This document shows positions 38,885 through 48,576 of a stretch of 53,942 nucleotides of DNA, piece after piece; positions within the stretch are counted from its first letter, which is position 1, and every line of letters begins with the position of its first letter. A program made the position numbers and the translations under genes. The notes under the pieces are model-generated. The model was not told where the DNA came from. It made no database searches and saw nothing but the letters and a program-made list of their open reading frames with translations. The stretch is taken from positions 1 through 53,942 of the forward strand of contig CAYGLI010000005.1 of assembly GCA_964350795.1 (NCBI GenBank), read 5' to 3'. Source of the stretch: an uncultured Micavibrio sp. Its GTDB lineage: Bacteria > Pseudomonadota > Alphaproteobacteria > Micavibrionales > UBA1664.

Positions 38885-40230
38885 GGGAATGTCAAAACCT
38901 GTCCATCGTTTAATGATGGGGTTGATGTGGGTGCAGATAGCGCAGGGGCACGGCGACGTTGTTCGTTTTGTTGTTGCAGTTTGCGAATTTCATCGGCGAC
39001 GGGGTCATCTGATTCAATGTCTTCTTGAACGGGCGCTTGATCGTTTGATTGATTATTTTCAATCATAAAATCAACAGGCCCTTCGATGGTTTGTTCAAGG
39101 GATGGAATATTTTCGCGGTCTTCGCTTTGCGCTCTTATTTTTTCCTGACGTTTTTTGATGGCATCGGCGGCGGCCTTGCGAATTTCGTCCGCATTATCCA
39201 ATGGTTGACGCAGCAAAATAACCGATATACGGCGGTTGCGCGGTGATAAGGGATCTTCGGGTAATAAATGTTCGCGGTCGGCCTTTCCAATGACATTTTC
39301 AACACGTGTCATGGGCAGGCCACTATCGAGAATGGCGCGTTGCGATGCGATAGCGCGGTCTGATGACAGGTTCCAGTTATTATAAGACGCGCCCTCTGGG
39401 TATGGTTTGCCGTCGGTATGTCCACGCACGGAAATTTGATTGGGTTGCGGGATGATAATTTGTGTGACCTTGGCAACCAATTCCTTCATGAAGGGGAACA
39501 TATTTGCCCGACCGATCGGGAACATAGAACGCCCCTCATTATCAATAATTTGAATGCGCAGGCCTTCTGGTGTGATATCAATCATCAGATTGTCCATTAA
39601 ATCAGCCAGTTCTGGTGATTTTGATACTTCTTCTAAAATCTGTTGTTTCACACCTTCGAAGTCTTCGTTTTGAAACGCCTCAATAACCGCTTCTAATTGT
39701 TCAATCTCCGCTTGTTCGATATCTTGGATCTCTTCAAAAATATTAAGGCCGTCTCGAAGGTCATTGCCATCCTCATTTGTTGATGCCGTTTTGTCTGTGT
39801 CTGATGCTTCGTTTCCATCCACCGTGGGGTCGAACGTATCACCCTCAAATTCGGATGTTCCTAATTGGTCACGTTGGTCACCCATGGCCATTCCAGAACG
39901 TGGTGTTGTCGGTGTTGCGGGCACGGCAACATCTTGAACATTTGAAACCTGCGCGCCCTCGGGTGACATGGTCATACCCCCAAGAATTCCACCAGATCCG
40001 CTTAGCTCGCTTGAAACACGAGGGTGGGTAGGGTCGAAATAATTTGAAATTGCGTTTTTTTGTTCTTCCGTCGTGACGTTTAATAACCACATTAATAAAA
40101 AGAACGCCATCATCGCCGTCACGAAATCGGCATAGGCAACCTTCCACGCGCCACCATGATGGCCATGCCCGCCTTTTTTAATCTTTTTAACGATTATTGG
40201 TGCTGGTATTTCATTATCGGTTGCGGCCAT
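38881..40230 (-). CDS. motB: Flagellar motor stator protein MotB
   Basis: HHGGAWKVAYADFVTAMMAFF, OmpA-like GHTD, NWNLSSDRA, RNRRI. Confidence 0.95.
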   Translation of the reverse strand: MAATDNEIPAPIIVKKIKKGGHGHHGGAWKVAYADFVTAMMAFFLLMWLLNVTTEEQKNAISNYFDPTHPRVSSELSGSGGILGGMTMSPEGAQVSNVQDVAVPATPTTPRSGMAMGDQRDQLGTSEFEGDTFDPTVDGNEASDTDKTASTNEDGNDLRDGLNIFEEIQDIEQAEIEQLEAVIEAFQNEDFEGVKQQILEEVSKSPELADLMDNLMIDITPEGLRIQIIDNEGRSMFPIGRANMFPFMKELVAKVTQIIIPQPNQISVRGHTDGKPYPEGASYNNWNLSSDRAIASQRAILDSGLPMTRVENVIGKADREHLLPEDPLSPRNRRISVILLRQPLDNADEIRKAAADAIKKRQEKIRAQSEDRENIPSLEQTIEGPVDFMIENNQSNDQAPVQEDIESDDPVADEIRKLQQQNEQRRRAPALSAPTSTPSLNDGQVLTFP

Positions 40231-40245
40231 TAAATTGCCCTCCCG

Positions 40246-41136
40246 TTATCCGAATGTCGGCGCGTTGTTTGTGGCTTCTTCAACCTCAGCAAAGGTTGGC
40301 TGAACATCGTGGTGAAGAATTTTTCGACCAAATTCAACGGACACTTGCGGCGCGCAACCTTGTAAAAACGCAAGCATTGTGACCTTCATCACAACATAAT
40401 ATTTGACTTCTGTTTCCGCACGCGCGCCCATCGCGGATGCCATAGGTCCAAAAATACCATAAGCCAGCCAAACACCAAGAAATGTACCGACAAGTGCGCC
40501 CCCAATTAACTTACCCAAAACCTCTGGCGGTTCAGAAATTGATGCCATGGTTTTAATAACCCCTAATACCGCAGCCACAATACCAAGTGCGGGAATACCG
40601 TCGGCCATGGTTTGAATGGCGTGTGATGGGTGCTCTTCACCTGTTTTGATGGTTTCAATTTCTTCATCCATCAACGCCTCAATCTCATGAGGGTTATCAT
40701 TCCCTAATGAAATGATACGCAGATAGTCACATAAAAAAGTTTCGGCGTGATGATTTTTTGTAAAATTGGGAAAGGCTTTGAAAATTTCACTTTCATGTGG
40801 GTTTTCAATATGTTGCTCTAACGCCAACCACCCTTTTGTCTTTGCCATTTTAAAAATAACAAAGAGAAGGGATAATAGCTCCATATAGTCTTCTTTAGAA
40901 TAGGCCTCAGGGTTTAACATTTTTTTCATGTATGTTCCCGTGGATTTAATTGTGTGCACGGAATTACCAATGATGAATGCGGCAATTGCAATCCCCATGA
41001 TAATAACCATCTCACCAGGTGTGGCAGGGCCAATAACACCTGTTAATAAGGCCATGGCCTTTTCGAAACCAGCGGTCATGATAAGCCCACCGACGGTACA
41101 TCCAAAAACCATTAAAAAGCCAAATATTTTTAACAT
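40246..41136 (-). CDS. motA: Flagellar motor stator protein MotA
   Basis: LEQHIENP, PALGIVAAVLGV, ALVGTFLG, VEFGRK. Confidence 0.95.
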   Translation of the reverse strand: MLKIFGFLMVFGCTVGGLIMTAGFEKAMALLTGVIGPATPGEMVIIMGIAIAAFIIGNSVHTIKSTGTYMKKMLNPEAYSKEDYMELLSLLFVIFKMAKTKGWLALEQHIENPHESEIFKAFPNFTKNHHAETFLCDYLRIISLGNDNPHEIEALMDEEIETIKTGEEHPSHAIQTMADGIPALGIVAAVLGVIKTMASISEPPEVLGKLIGGALVGTFLGVWLAYGIFGPMASAMGARAETEVKYYVVMKVTMLAFLQGCAPQVSVEFGRKILHHDVQPTFAEVEEATNNAPTFG

Positions 41137-41180
41137 GTTAGAATTGTACCTTCATTATGGGGTAAGACCAAGATGGTATT

Positions 41181-42191
41181 TTAGCCTTTTAACAACTTTG
41201 CGGCCTCGAGCGCGCTGTATGTCAAAATCCCATCCGCGCCGGCGCGTTTAAAGGCCAATAGCGATTCCATCATGGCGACATCGTAATCAATTGCCCCCGC
41301 GGCGGCGGCGTATTTCAACATGGCGTATTCACCGCTGACGTTATAAGCGAATGTTGGAATTTGGAATGTATCTTTGACATCCCTAAGGATATCCAGATAC
41401 GCCAAGCCAGGTTTGACCATGACCATATCGGCACCTTCGATAATATCTTGCTCAACCTCATGAATGGCCTCGCGGGCATTGGCGGGATCCATTTGATAGG
41501 TCTTGCGGTCTTTTGGCCCTTGTGACCCGCCAAGCGAACACCCCGCCGCATCACGAAATGGACCGTAAAACCCAGAGGCAAATTTCGCGCTGTAGGCCAT
41601 GATGGGTAAATGTTCGAAACCTGATTGGTTTAGGGCGGAGCGAATGGCATCAACCTGACCATCCATCATACCCGATGGGGCGATAATATCCGCGCCTGCC
41701 TCGGCGGCATTCACGGCCTGCATTGCAATATTTTCTAATGTACGGTCATTATCAACATCGGTTGAATTATCATTGAGGGGGCCACAATGCCCGTGGTCTG
41801 TATATTCACAAAAACAAACATCGGCAATCACCAACATATCGGGCGCGGTTTGTTTGGAGATATCAATCATGCGATAGAGCAAGCCACCCTTGCGCATAGA
41901 ATCTGACCCTATCGGGTCTTTGTTTTTTGACACACCAAACAGGATAATGGCGGGCAGGTTGGCGTCGTCACATTCCTTAACCTTTGTCACCAATGTTTCC
42001 TCGGTTTCACGAAAGACATCAGGCATGGATGAAATTTCTTCGCGGCCTCGTGCGCCTTCTTCAACAAAAATGGGTAGGATAAGGTCATCAACGGATAGGT
42101 GCGTTTCACGAACAAGGCGACGAATGGTGTCGTTTGCACGCAGGCGACGAAATCTTTTTTCTGGTTTTGGAATATCGAGATTGTTGACCAT
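41181..42191 (-). CDS. hemB: Porphobilinogen synthase
   Basis: DVCFCEYTDHGHCG, APSGMMDG, FYGPFRDA, MVKPG, YNVSGEY. Confidence 0.97.
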   Translation of the reverse strand: MVNNLDIPKPEKRFRRLRANDTIRRLVRETHLSVDDLILPIFVEEGARGREEISSMPDVFRETEETLVTKVKECDDANLPAIILFGVSKNKDPIGSDSMRKGGLLYRMIDISKQTAPDMLVIADVCFCEYTDHGHCGPLNDNSTDVDNDRTLENIAMQAVNAAEAGADIIAPSGMMDGQVDAIRSALNQSGFEHLPIMAYSAKFASGFYGPFRDAAGCSLGGSQGPKDRKTYQMDPANAREAIHEVEQDIIEGADMVMVKPGLAYLDILRDVKDTFQIPTFAYNVSGEYAMLKYAAAAGAIDYDVAMMESLLAFKRAGADGILTYSALEAAKLLKG

Positions 42192-42215
42192 GGCACTATC
42201 CTTTATAGTTTTGTG

Positions 42216-43208
42216 ATGTCTCTTATCTTAGTATCTGAAATCGAAAACGCAATCCATATTACACTCAACAGGCCAGAGGCCTTAAATGCCATTAATCATG
42301 ACATGGTTTTGGATATCACACGTGTTTTGAAGGAAACGGAAATGCGTGATGATGTTAAAGAAGTCATTTTCAAGGGTGGAGGGGATCGTGCCTTTTGCGC
42401 GGGCGGTGATATTAAATCCGTTTATTATCAGGGATTAAAAAATCCACGCGATGCCTTTCAATATTTTTACGATGAATATGAAATGAATAAAATCATCCAT
42501 GGATATTCCAAACCTATTATATCGATTTGTCATGGGTTTGTGATGGGCGGTGGGTATGGTGTTGCGGGTAATGGATCGCATATTATTGTTGATGGAACAA
42601 CAAAATTTGCCATGCCCGAAACCGCGATTGGGTTTTTCCCAGATGTTGGTATTGGGTGGAAGTTAGCACGCGCAGGGGCGTTGGGCATGTATATCGCCCT
42701 AACAGGTGACGTTTTCGACGCGGATATGATGATGGCAGCCGGATTGGCGACGCATAAGGTTGATGATGCCCAACAATTGTCATGCCCGCTTTATGCGGGT
42801 ATCTGGATCCCCGCTCAAGGCGTTGAAGACGTTTTTATTAAAAATAGGGACAAGATAGAAGAAATCTTTTCAAAAGAGAGTTTAGAAGATATTTGGCACG
42901 CGCTGGAAAAAGATAATAGCGATTTTGCACAAAAAACATTATCCACATTAAAAACACGATCCCCCATCAGTTTGCACGTGACCTTCAAACATTTAATAAT
43001 GGCGCGGGGCGAGACCTATAACCAATCAATCGCCCGTGATTATCGTTTGGCCTGTGCCTTTTTCACCAAGCCCGACATTTACGAGGGCATTCGCGCCGCA
43101 GTTATTGATAAAGATAAAAATCCAAAATGGTCGTCTTCATCAATTCTTAATATTTCACCTGTAGATATTGATTATTATTTACAATTCAGTGATGATAATA
43201 ATCATTAA
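42216..43208 (+). CDS. Enoyl-CoA hydratase / 3-hydroxyisobutyryl-CoA hydrolase family protein
   Basis: LNRPEALNA, AFCAGGDI, VMGGG, AMPETAIGFFPDVG, EGIRAAVIDKD.NPKW; start set at MSLILV. Confidence 0.9.
   Translation: MSLILVSEIENAIHITLNRPEALNAINHDMVLDITRVLKETEMRDDVKEVIFKGGGDRAFCAGGDIKSVYYQGLKNPRDAFQYFYDEYEMNKIIHGYSKPIISICHGFVMGGGYGVAGNGSHIIVDGTTKFAMPETAIGFFPDVGIGWKLARAGALGMYIALTGDVFDADMMMAAGLATHKVDDAQQLSCPLYAGIWIPAQGVEDVFIKNRDKIEEIFSKESLEDIWHALEKDNSDFAQKTLSTLKTRSPISLHVTFKHLIMARGETYNQSIARDYRLACAFFTKPDIYEGIRAAVIDKDKNPKWSSSSILNISPVDIDYYLQFSDDNNH
42777..42830. repeat. Family A palindromic element in frame inside the hydrolase gene
   Basis: TTGTCATGCCCGCTTTATGCGGGTATCTGGATCCCCGCTCAAGGCG.., close to revcomp of 18786-18842; read as LSCPLYAGIWIPAQG. 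Confidence 0.8.
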
Positions 43209-43242
43209 AGATATATTTTATTAAAAGGGAAGTAGGAAACAC

Positions 43243-43719
43243 ATGTTACCAACCGCATATCACGATTCCATCCAAATGATTGAACGCCTTCACCGTCGTT
43301 TTTTGGATGTTGTTAAATTAGAATTGGATAAATTACAGGTTCAGGACATTAATAACGTTCAGGCCATGATTTTATATAATATTGCCGAAGACGACATGAC
43401 CGTTGGTGAATTGACGCTTCGTGGATATTACCTTGGGTCAAACGTATCCTATAATGTTAAAAAGATGGTTGAAAATGATTTTGTTATTCAGGAACGATCT
43501 GTCCATGATAAACGATCGATCCGTGTGCGTTTAACCGATAAGGGGTTGGATTTATATCATCAATTATACAAAATGTTCGCCCGTCACGAGGAACAAATTC
43601 AAAATAGTGAATTAGACCAAGAACGTATTGTTGATTTCAATGACACAATGAAAATGATGGAACGTTTCTGGGCCTCGCAAACGAATTTCACTGGTTTGGA
43701 TTCGCTTGATTGGGATTAG
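43243..43719 (+). CDS. MarR-family regulator (LdtR-like)
   Basis: IERLHRRFLDVVK, RGYYLGSNVSYNVKK, DKRSIRVRLT. Confidence 0.9.
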   Translation: MLPTAYHDSIQMIERLHRRFLDVVKLELDKLQVQDINNVQAMILYNIAEDDMTVGELTLRGYYLGSNVSYNVKKMVENDFVIQERSVHDKRSIRVRLTDKGLDLYHQLYKMFARHEEQIQNSELDQERIVDFNDTMKMMERFWASQTNFTGLDSLDWD

Positions 43720-44048
43720 TTCAATCCCAAACGTTGTGCGCATGCGGTTCTAGGGTCGCTTTCATTTCCACGTAACCGACCTTCCATATCTATGGTGGTG
43801 TATTTAGCGCAATATTCACCACTATCTCCTAAATTTATTTCACTAATGTAAATAATACCGACGTCTATGCCTTCTGGATCAGCAATTGGTACATGACGAC
43901 GCAATATTGTATTTAAATCGTCTGTATTTGCAATTAAATCGCTTACAAATTCATTTGTTACTGATTTGCTCGGGTTATCGCACCCAGCTAAAGTTAAGGC
44001 GCCAGCTAGTAAAATTCCTGCACGTTTTGCAAATTTTGAAGTAACCAT
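43716..44048 (-). CDS. Hypothetical lipoprotein
   Basis: MVTSKFAKRAGILLAGALTLAGC lipobox; AAGGA RBS. Confidence 0.7.
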   Translation of the reverse strand: MVTSKFAKRAGILLAGALTLAGCDNPSKSVTNEFVSDLIANTDDLNTILRRHVPIADPEGIDVGIIYISEINLGDSGEYCAKYTTIDMEGRLRGNESDPRTACAQRLGLN

Positions 44049-44122
44049 AGTAAATTTTTCCTTATTTGTTAATTTTAAATACAATACATAATAAAAAACA
44101 ATAAGTCAAGTTATTTATGGAA

Positions 44123-45448
44123 TTATTTCATCGTCACTAATTCTTCTGCACTCGTCGGGTGGATACCGATTGTTTCATCGAACATGGCTTTTGTTGCGCC
44201 GGCCTTAATGGCAACGCCAAATCCTTGTAGCATTTCTGAGCTGTCTAATCCGCAAACATGCACGCCCAAAACCCTGTCGGTTTTTATATCAACAACCAAT
44301 TTCATGAATGTGCGTTCATCGCGCCCTGATAATGAATGCACCATCGGTTTGAAATGCGATGTGTAGCATTTGACGTCATGGCCTTTGTCCTTTGCCTGTG
44401 CCTCGGTTAATCCAACCGTTCCGATATTGGGACGTGAAAATACGGCGGTGGGGATGTTGTCGTATGATGGGGCGGGGCGGTTAATATTGCCGAATAATGT
44501 ATCGGCCAACCAATGTCCTTCCTTAATGGCAACAGGGGTCAACTCAACGCGTCCCGTGACATCACCCACGGCATAGATGTTGTCGATGGATGTTTGGTAA
44601 TGGTCATTCACCGTAATCGTGCCATCGGGTAATCCGATTGCATCTAAATTAAGGGAATCTGTTTTGGCGTCGCGTCCAATCGCGGCCATGGCCTTGTCAC
44701 ATTCAATGATTGTTCCATCGGATAAGGTCACGGATGTTTCTGTGGCCTTGACAATGGTTGTATTGAAACGAAAATCCACACCTTGTTTTATCATCTCATC
44801 ACGCAAATGCGCGCGGATATCATCGTCAAACCCACGCAGGATATTGTCGCCACGATGAATAAGCGTAACCTTTGCGCCAAGCCCGTGAAAAATATGGGCA
44901 AATTCAACGGCGATATATCCCGCGCCGTAAATCACAATGTGATTGGGCAATGCGTCTAAATAAAACGCATCATCAGACACAATCATATGCTCTGCACCTT
45001 CAAAATCAGGGCGACGAGGCGAACCACCAGTGGCAATCAGGACTTTATCGGCGGTGATTGTATCTTTCCCGACCTGAAGGGTGTTTTTATCAATAAAGGA
45101 TGCGTAATCCGCGTGAATTGTAACCCCTGCATTTCCAAGCAGGTTTTTGTAAATACCATTAAGGCGTTCAATTTCTGTATCTTTGTTTTGGATTAACGTT
45201 GACCAATTAAAGGATGGTGTTTCCTGTGACCAACCAAACCCAATGGCATCTTCAAATTGAGCATGATAATCCGCGGCATAGGCCATTAATTTTTTTGGGA
45301 CGCAACCAATATTCACGCATGTGCCACCCAAAAAACGCCCCTCGGCAACGCCCACCTTTGCGCCATGTCCCGCGGCAATGCGTGCTGACCTGACACCACC
45401 AGACCCCGCGCCAATAACAAAATAATCGTAATCAAATTCGTGTTTCAT
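44123..45448 (-). CDS. gor: Glutathione reductase
   Basis: GAGSGG, GGTCVNIGCVPKK, GAGYIAVE, IHPTSAEE. Confidence 0.95.
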   Translation of the reverse strand: MKHEFDYDYFVIGAGSGGVRSARIAAGHGAKVGVAEGRFLGGTCVNIGCVPKKLMAYAADYHAQFEDAIGFGWSQETPSFNWSTLIQNKDTEIERLNGIYKNLLGNAGVTIHADYASFIDKNTLQVGKDTITADKVLIATGGSPRRPDFEGAEHMIVSDDAFYLDALPNHIVIYGAGYIAVEFAHIFHGLGAKVTLIHRGDNILRGFDDDIRAHLRDEMIKQGVDFRFNTTIVKATETSVTLSDGTIIECDKAMAAIGRDAKTDSLNLDAIGLPDGTITVNDHYQTSIDNIYAVGDVTGRVELTPVAIKEGHWLADTLFGNINRPAPSYDNIPTAVFSRPNIGTVGLTEAQAKDKGHDVKCYTSHFKPMVHSLSGRDERTFMKLVVDIKTDRVLGVHVCGLDSSEMLQGFGVAIKAGATKAMFDETIGIHPTSAEELVTMK

Positions 45449-45465
45449 GTTTTCTCTCTTTTTTG

Positions 45466-45495
45466 AACTACAGAGGTTAAGGAGGAAAAGGAGTT
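45466..45495 (+). repeat. Family C-like left arm; inverted partner at 45736-45765
   Basis: AACTACAGAGGTTAAGGAGGAAAAGGAGTT; 26/30 match to revcomp of 45736-45765. Confidence 0.75.
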
Positions 45496-45502
45496 TTTAT
45501 TT

Positions 45503-45763
45503 ATGTGTTTGTATTATAAAATGACTCATATGGAATATCTAATTTATAACTCATTTTTTCTTTCAATATTGCTTTTTTGTTTTTATCAATTATTTCAGGC
45601 TGCTACAAAGAAAAAGATTTTTTTAACAATGGGTACAGCTAGTGGTACATATACTTATAAAAAAGATAAATTAATTTTTATTTTAACAATTTTTATGTAT
45701 CTGGGGATATCGTACCTATGTTTCTGGGCTATCTTAACTCCTTTTACTCCTTCCCCTCAGTAG
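45503..45763 (+). CDS. Small two-TM hypothetical protein
   Basis: Very AT-rich 86-aa ORF with two hydrophobic segments; AGGAG RBS supplied by the repeat arm. Confidence 0.55.
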   Translation: MCLYYKMTHMEYLIYNSFFLSILLFCFYQLFQAATKKKIFLTMGTASGTYTYKKDKLIFILTIFMYLGISYLCFWAILTPFTPSPQ

Positions 45764-45765
45764 TT
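45736..45765 (-). repeat. Family C-like right arm overlapping two stop codons
   Basis: AACTCCTTTTACTCCTTCCCCTCAGTAGTT. Confidence 0.75.
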
Positions 45766-46622
45766 TTAATCAAATCCTCTGGTTTCCAACGACGGTGTAG
45801 CCATAGCCATTGGTCTGGATATTCGCGTATGCATTGTTCTAATAATGTATGTGCGTCATTCAAAATATCCATGGTATCTCTGTTTTTTGTTGCCAATGGT
45901 GGGCGGACATCAATTAAAAATCCGTCTTTTTCACGCACACACCGTGCAGGCACAAGCGGACAATCGTATTTTTGCGCCATGTCAATGAAGGCTGTTGCCG
46001 TTTTGGCGTTCATTCCAAAAAATGGCGCGTCCACACCTTCGTTATATTTTTGGTCAATTAATAACCCTATATGCTCGCCAGATTTTAGCGCCTTTACCAT
46101 TCCCATCATACCCTGACGGGATTTTGAATATGGGATAAGGCGCCCTTCGGGTGAGCGATAGGCGTGAAGGCGTTTATCAACCATAGGGTTATTGGGTGCA
46201 CGGTAAACAGGATGCACAGCCAGATCAGCATGATGAAGGAAAGCATGAGGCAGAACCTCCCAATTGCCCAAGTGCGCGCCAAATAAGATACCGCATTGAC
46301 CGTCATCACGCATGCGCTCCAAATGCTCTAACCCTTGAAACCGAACATGATGCGTGGCTATTTTTTTAAGGTGAGGGTATTCCGCCATTACACGCCCTAA
46401 ATTATTCCAATGACGTCTCGATATATCCTTCGCAGTGTCTTCGTTGCACTCAAGCGCAGCGCGAATATGGCGCACGGCCTTGCGATTCATCGCCATGTTA
46501 GACCCAAGTATTTCAGCAATTTTTCCAAATAACGATGACGCCACAGTCCATGGCATAATTTTGCAAATCGTATGCAGGGAAAGAAGAAATAAATGTTCGA
46601 GCCAGTATCGGAATTGTTTCAT
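45744..46622 (-). CDS. Lipid A secondary acyltransferase (LpxL/HtrB family)
   Basis: AHLGNWE, YRAPNNP, LIDQK, PFFG, PDQWLWLHRRWK; start set at MKQFRY. Confidence 0.9.
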   Translation of the reverse strand: MKQFRYWLEHLFLLSLHTICKIMPWTVASSLFGKIAEILGSNMAMNRKAVRHIRAALECNEDTAKDISRRHWNNLGRVMAEYPHLKKIATHHVRFQGLEHLERMRDDGQCGILFGAHLGNWEVLPHAFLHHADLAVHPVYRAPNNPMVDKRLHAYRSPEGRLIPYSKSRQGMMGMVKALKSGEHIGLLIDQKYNEGVDAPFFGMNAKTATAFIDMAQKYDCPLVPARCVREKDGFLIDVRPPLATKNRDTMDILNDAHTLLEQCIREYPDQWLWLHRRWKPEDLIKTTEGKE

Positions 46623-46671
46623 GCATATTTTTACCATGAAGATACGATATTGCGAAGACAAAGAAAAAATA

Positions 46672-47547
46672 TTAAGGCGTGCTTAGTGTTACAGGTTTAG
46701 TAGGCCAAGCCCACTGACCTGGGTATTCCTTTACCCAGCTTTGTAGAAGAGATGAGACATCTTTTCCAATATCACTTAGCTCACGCTCTGATGTTGCTAT
46801 TGGAGGGCATACCTCAACAACAAATTCATTTCCTTGTCGAATACTACGGAGAGGAACCAGTGGGCAATTATATTGTTTTGCCAGTTTAATAAAGGTGGAA
46901 GATAATTTTGATTTTTGACCAAGAAAGTTAATGTCGATGCCACTCCTATACGTTTGGTCAATAACAAAGGCAAGACTTTGTCCATTTTTTAATTTTGTAA
47001 CAGCGTTTTTCAGCCCGCGCAAATTGTTAGGGATTGGTTCTATGCGACCATCTGATGAAGAGCGATAGGAATAGAGTAACTTATTTAATTGGGGATTTCT
47101 GATTGGTTGATAAATTGGATGAACAGCTAGGTTGAAATGGTGTAAAACTGAATGAGTTAGTATTTCCCAATTGCCGAAATGTCCTGAAAAAAATATAGCG
47201 GGCTGTTGTCTTTGCTGTAAGTCCAAAAGATGGCTTTCTCCTTTGAAGGTTGTTCTAATTCTAGAGAATTCTCTTTGGTGTGAGAGCTCGCCAATTATAC
47301 TTCCTATATTATTCATGCTATCTTTCGCAATTTGCTGGGCATCATTTTCAGATACCAATAGCATGCGTTGTATATTATGGATACGCCCAGAATTTTTCGC
47401 GGATGACGACAGTAAGGCGCTCATAAATTTTGCAGAAATAGAGGATGAACGGTCTGGTGATAAAAGACGGCATAATGCTAGGAAGGATTTCATAGCGATA
47501 AACTCTGTGGAGTGTTTGTGATTCATCTTACGCAAAATATACAACAT
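46672..47547 (-). CDS. Second lipid A acyltransferase (LpxL/HtrB family), divergent paralog
   Basis: GHFGNWE, YQPIRNP, VIDQ, PGQWAW. Confidence 0.85.
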   Translation of the reverse strand: MLYILRKMNHKHSTEFIAMKSFLALCRLLSPDRSSSISAKFMSALLSSSAKNSGRIHNIQRMLLVSENDAQQIAKDSMNNIGSIIGELSHQREFSRIRTTFKGESHLLDLQQRQQPAIFFSGHFGNWEILTHSVLHHFNLAVHPIYQPIRNPQLNKLLYSYRSSSDGRIEPIPNNLRGLKNAVTKLKNGQSLAFVIDQTYRSGIDINFLGQKSKLSSTFIKLAKQYNCPLVPLRSIRQGNEFVVEVCPPIATSERELSDIGKDVSSLLQSWVKEYPGQWAWPTKPVTLSTP

Positions 47548-47571
47548 AAAAAAATCTATGTAAATATTTAT

Positions 47572-48567
47572 TTATAGCCGATCTAAGAATTTATAAAGCG
47601 TTTTTTTGAAACGATCATCCAATTGAATTTTAATCTTAAGGTAGGAAATTTTGTTTTTCCAATGATCCGACAGGCGAATCCAATCTTTTTCCGTGGTGAT
47701 GATGGAGGCATTGGCTTGTTTTGCCTGTGCCTCAATTTTTTCAAGATCGGTGCGTTTGAAAACATAGTGATCGGGGAATGAATAATGCGCGTGAATTTTA
47801 TAGCCATTGGCCTCCAACGTATCATAAAATTTTTCAGGGCGGGCAATACCGGCAAAGGCGACAACCTTTTTACCTTCGTCTGGTCCGCCTTTATTCACCA
47901 ATTCGATTGACCCATCAAATTTTTTGAATTTGCCGAGTGCGGATAGGTTTGTTCCTTTATCACGATTGATAATAAGGGCGCCCCGTGCGCGTTTTAATGC
48001 CGATTGAACGGGTTCGCGCAATGGCCCTGAGGGGAAAACCAAACCATTACCAAATCCAAATCCGCCATCAATAACGATTAGGGATAAATCCTTTTTCAAT
48101 TGTGGATTTTGAAATCCATCATCCATGATAATCAGGTCATATCCTAATTGCTCGGCCAATATTGCGCCTTCATAACGGTCGCGTGATATGATTGTTGGGG
48201 CGTATCGTGCCTGCATCAAGGCTTCGTCCCCAACATTATAGGATGTGTGAATGGTTGTGTTGACCTGTATGGGGCCTTTTTCCGCGCCACCATACCCACG
48301 CATTAAAAAACAGGGTGTTTCAAATTTTCCGTGGTCTTTCACCAAATCCAAAATGGCGCGCGCCGTTGGGGTTTTCCCCGCACCACCAATGGTTATATTC
48401 CCAATACAAATCACGGGAAGAGGTGATTTTTTTTGCGATGTTATGGCGTGACGCAATTGTCCACCCCATTCATATAATTTAGATATGGGCCATAAAGCCT
48501 TGGATTTTAAGGGCGATCCATGATCGTCATTGGAATACCAAAATGATGGAATTTGAAGTTTGGCCAT
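47572..48567 (-). CDS. lpxK: Tetraacyldisaccharide 4'-kinase
   Basis: IGNITIGGAGKTP, RGYG, GDE, MDDGFQ, GPLRE, TTEKD. Confidence 0.96.
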   Translation of the reverse strand: MAKLQIPSFWYSNDDHGSPLKSKALWPISKLYEWGGQLRHAITSQKKSPLPVICIGNITIGGAGKTPTARAILDLVKDHGKFETPCFLMRGYGGAEKGPIQVNTTIHTSYNVGDEALMQARYAPTIISRDRYEGAILAEQLGYDLIIMDDGFQNPQLKKDLSLIVIDGGFGFGNGLVFPSGPLREPVQSALKRARGALIINRDKGTNLSALGKFKKFDGSIELVNKGGPDEGKKVVAFAGIARPEKFYDTLEANGYKIHAHYSFPDHYVFKRTDLEKIEAQAKQANASIITTEKDWIRLSDHWKNKISYLKIKIQLDDRFKKTLYKFLDRL

Positions 48568-48576
48568 ACAGGTAAG

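Noticed and set aside
4252-45765. CRISPR array or integron attC array from the many palindromes
   Set aside because: Repeats are dispersed rather than regularly spaced; no cas or intI gene; no consistent RYYYAAC/GTTRRRY ends
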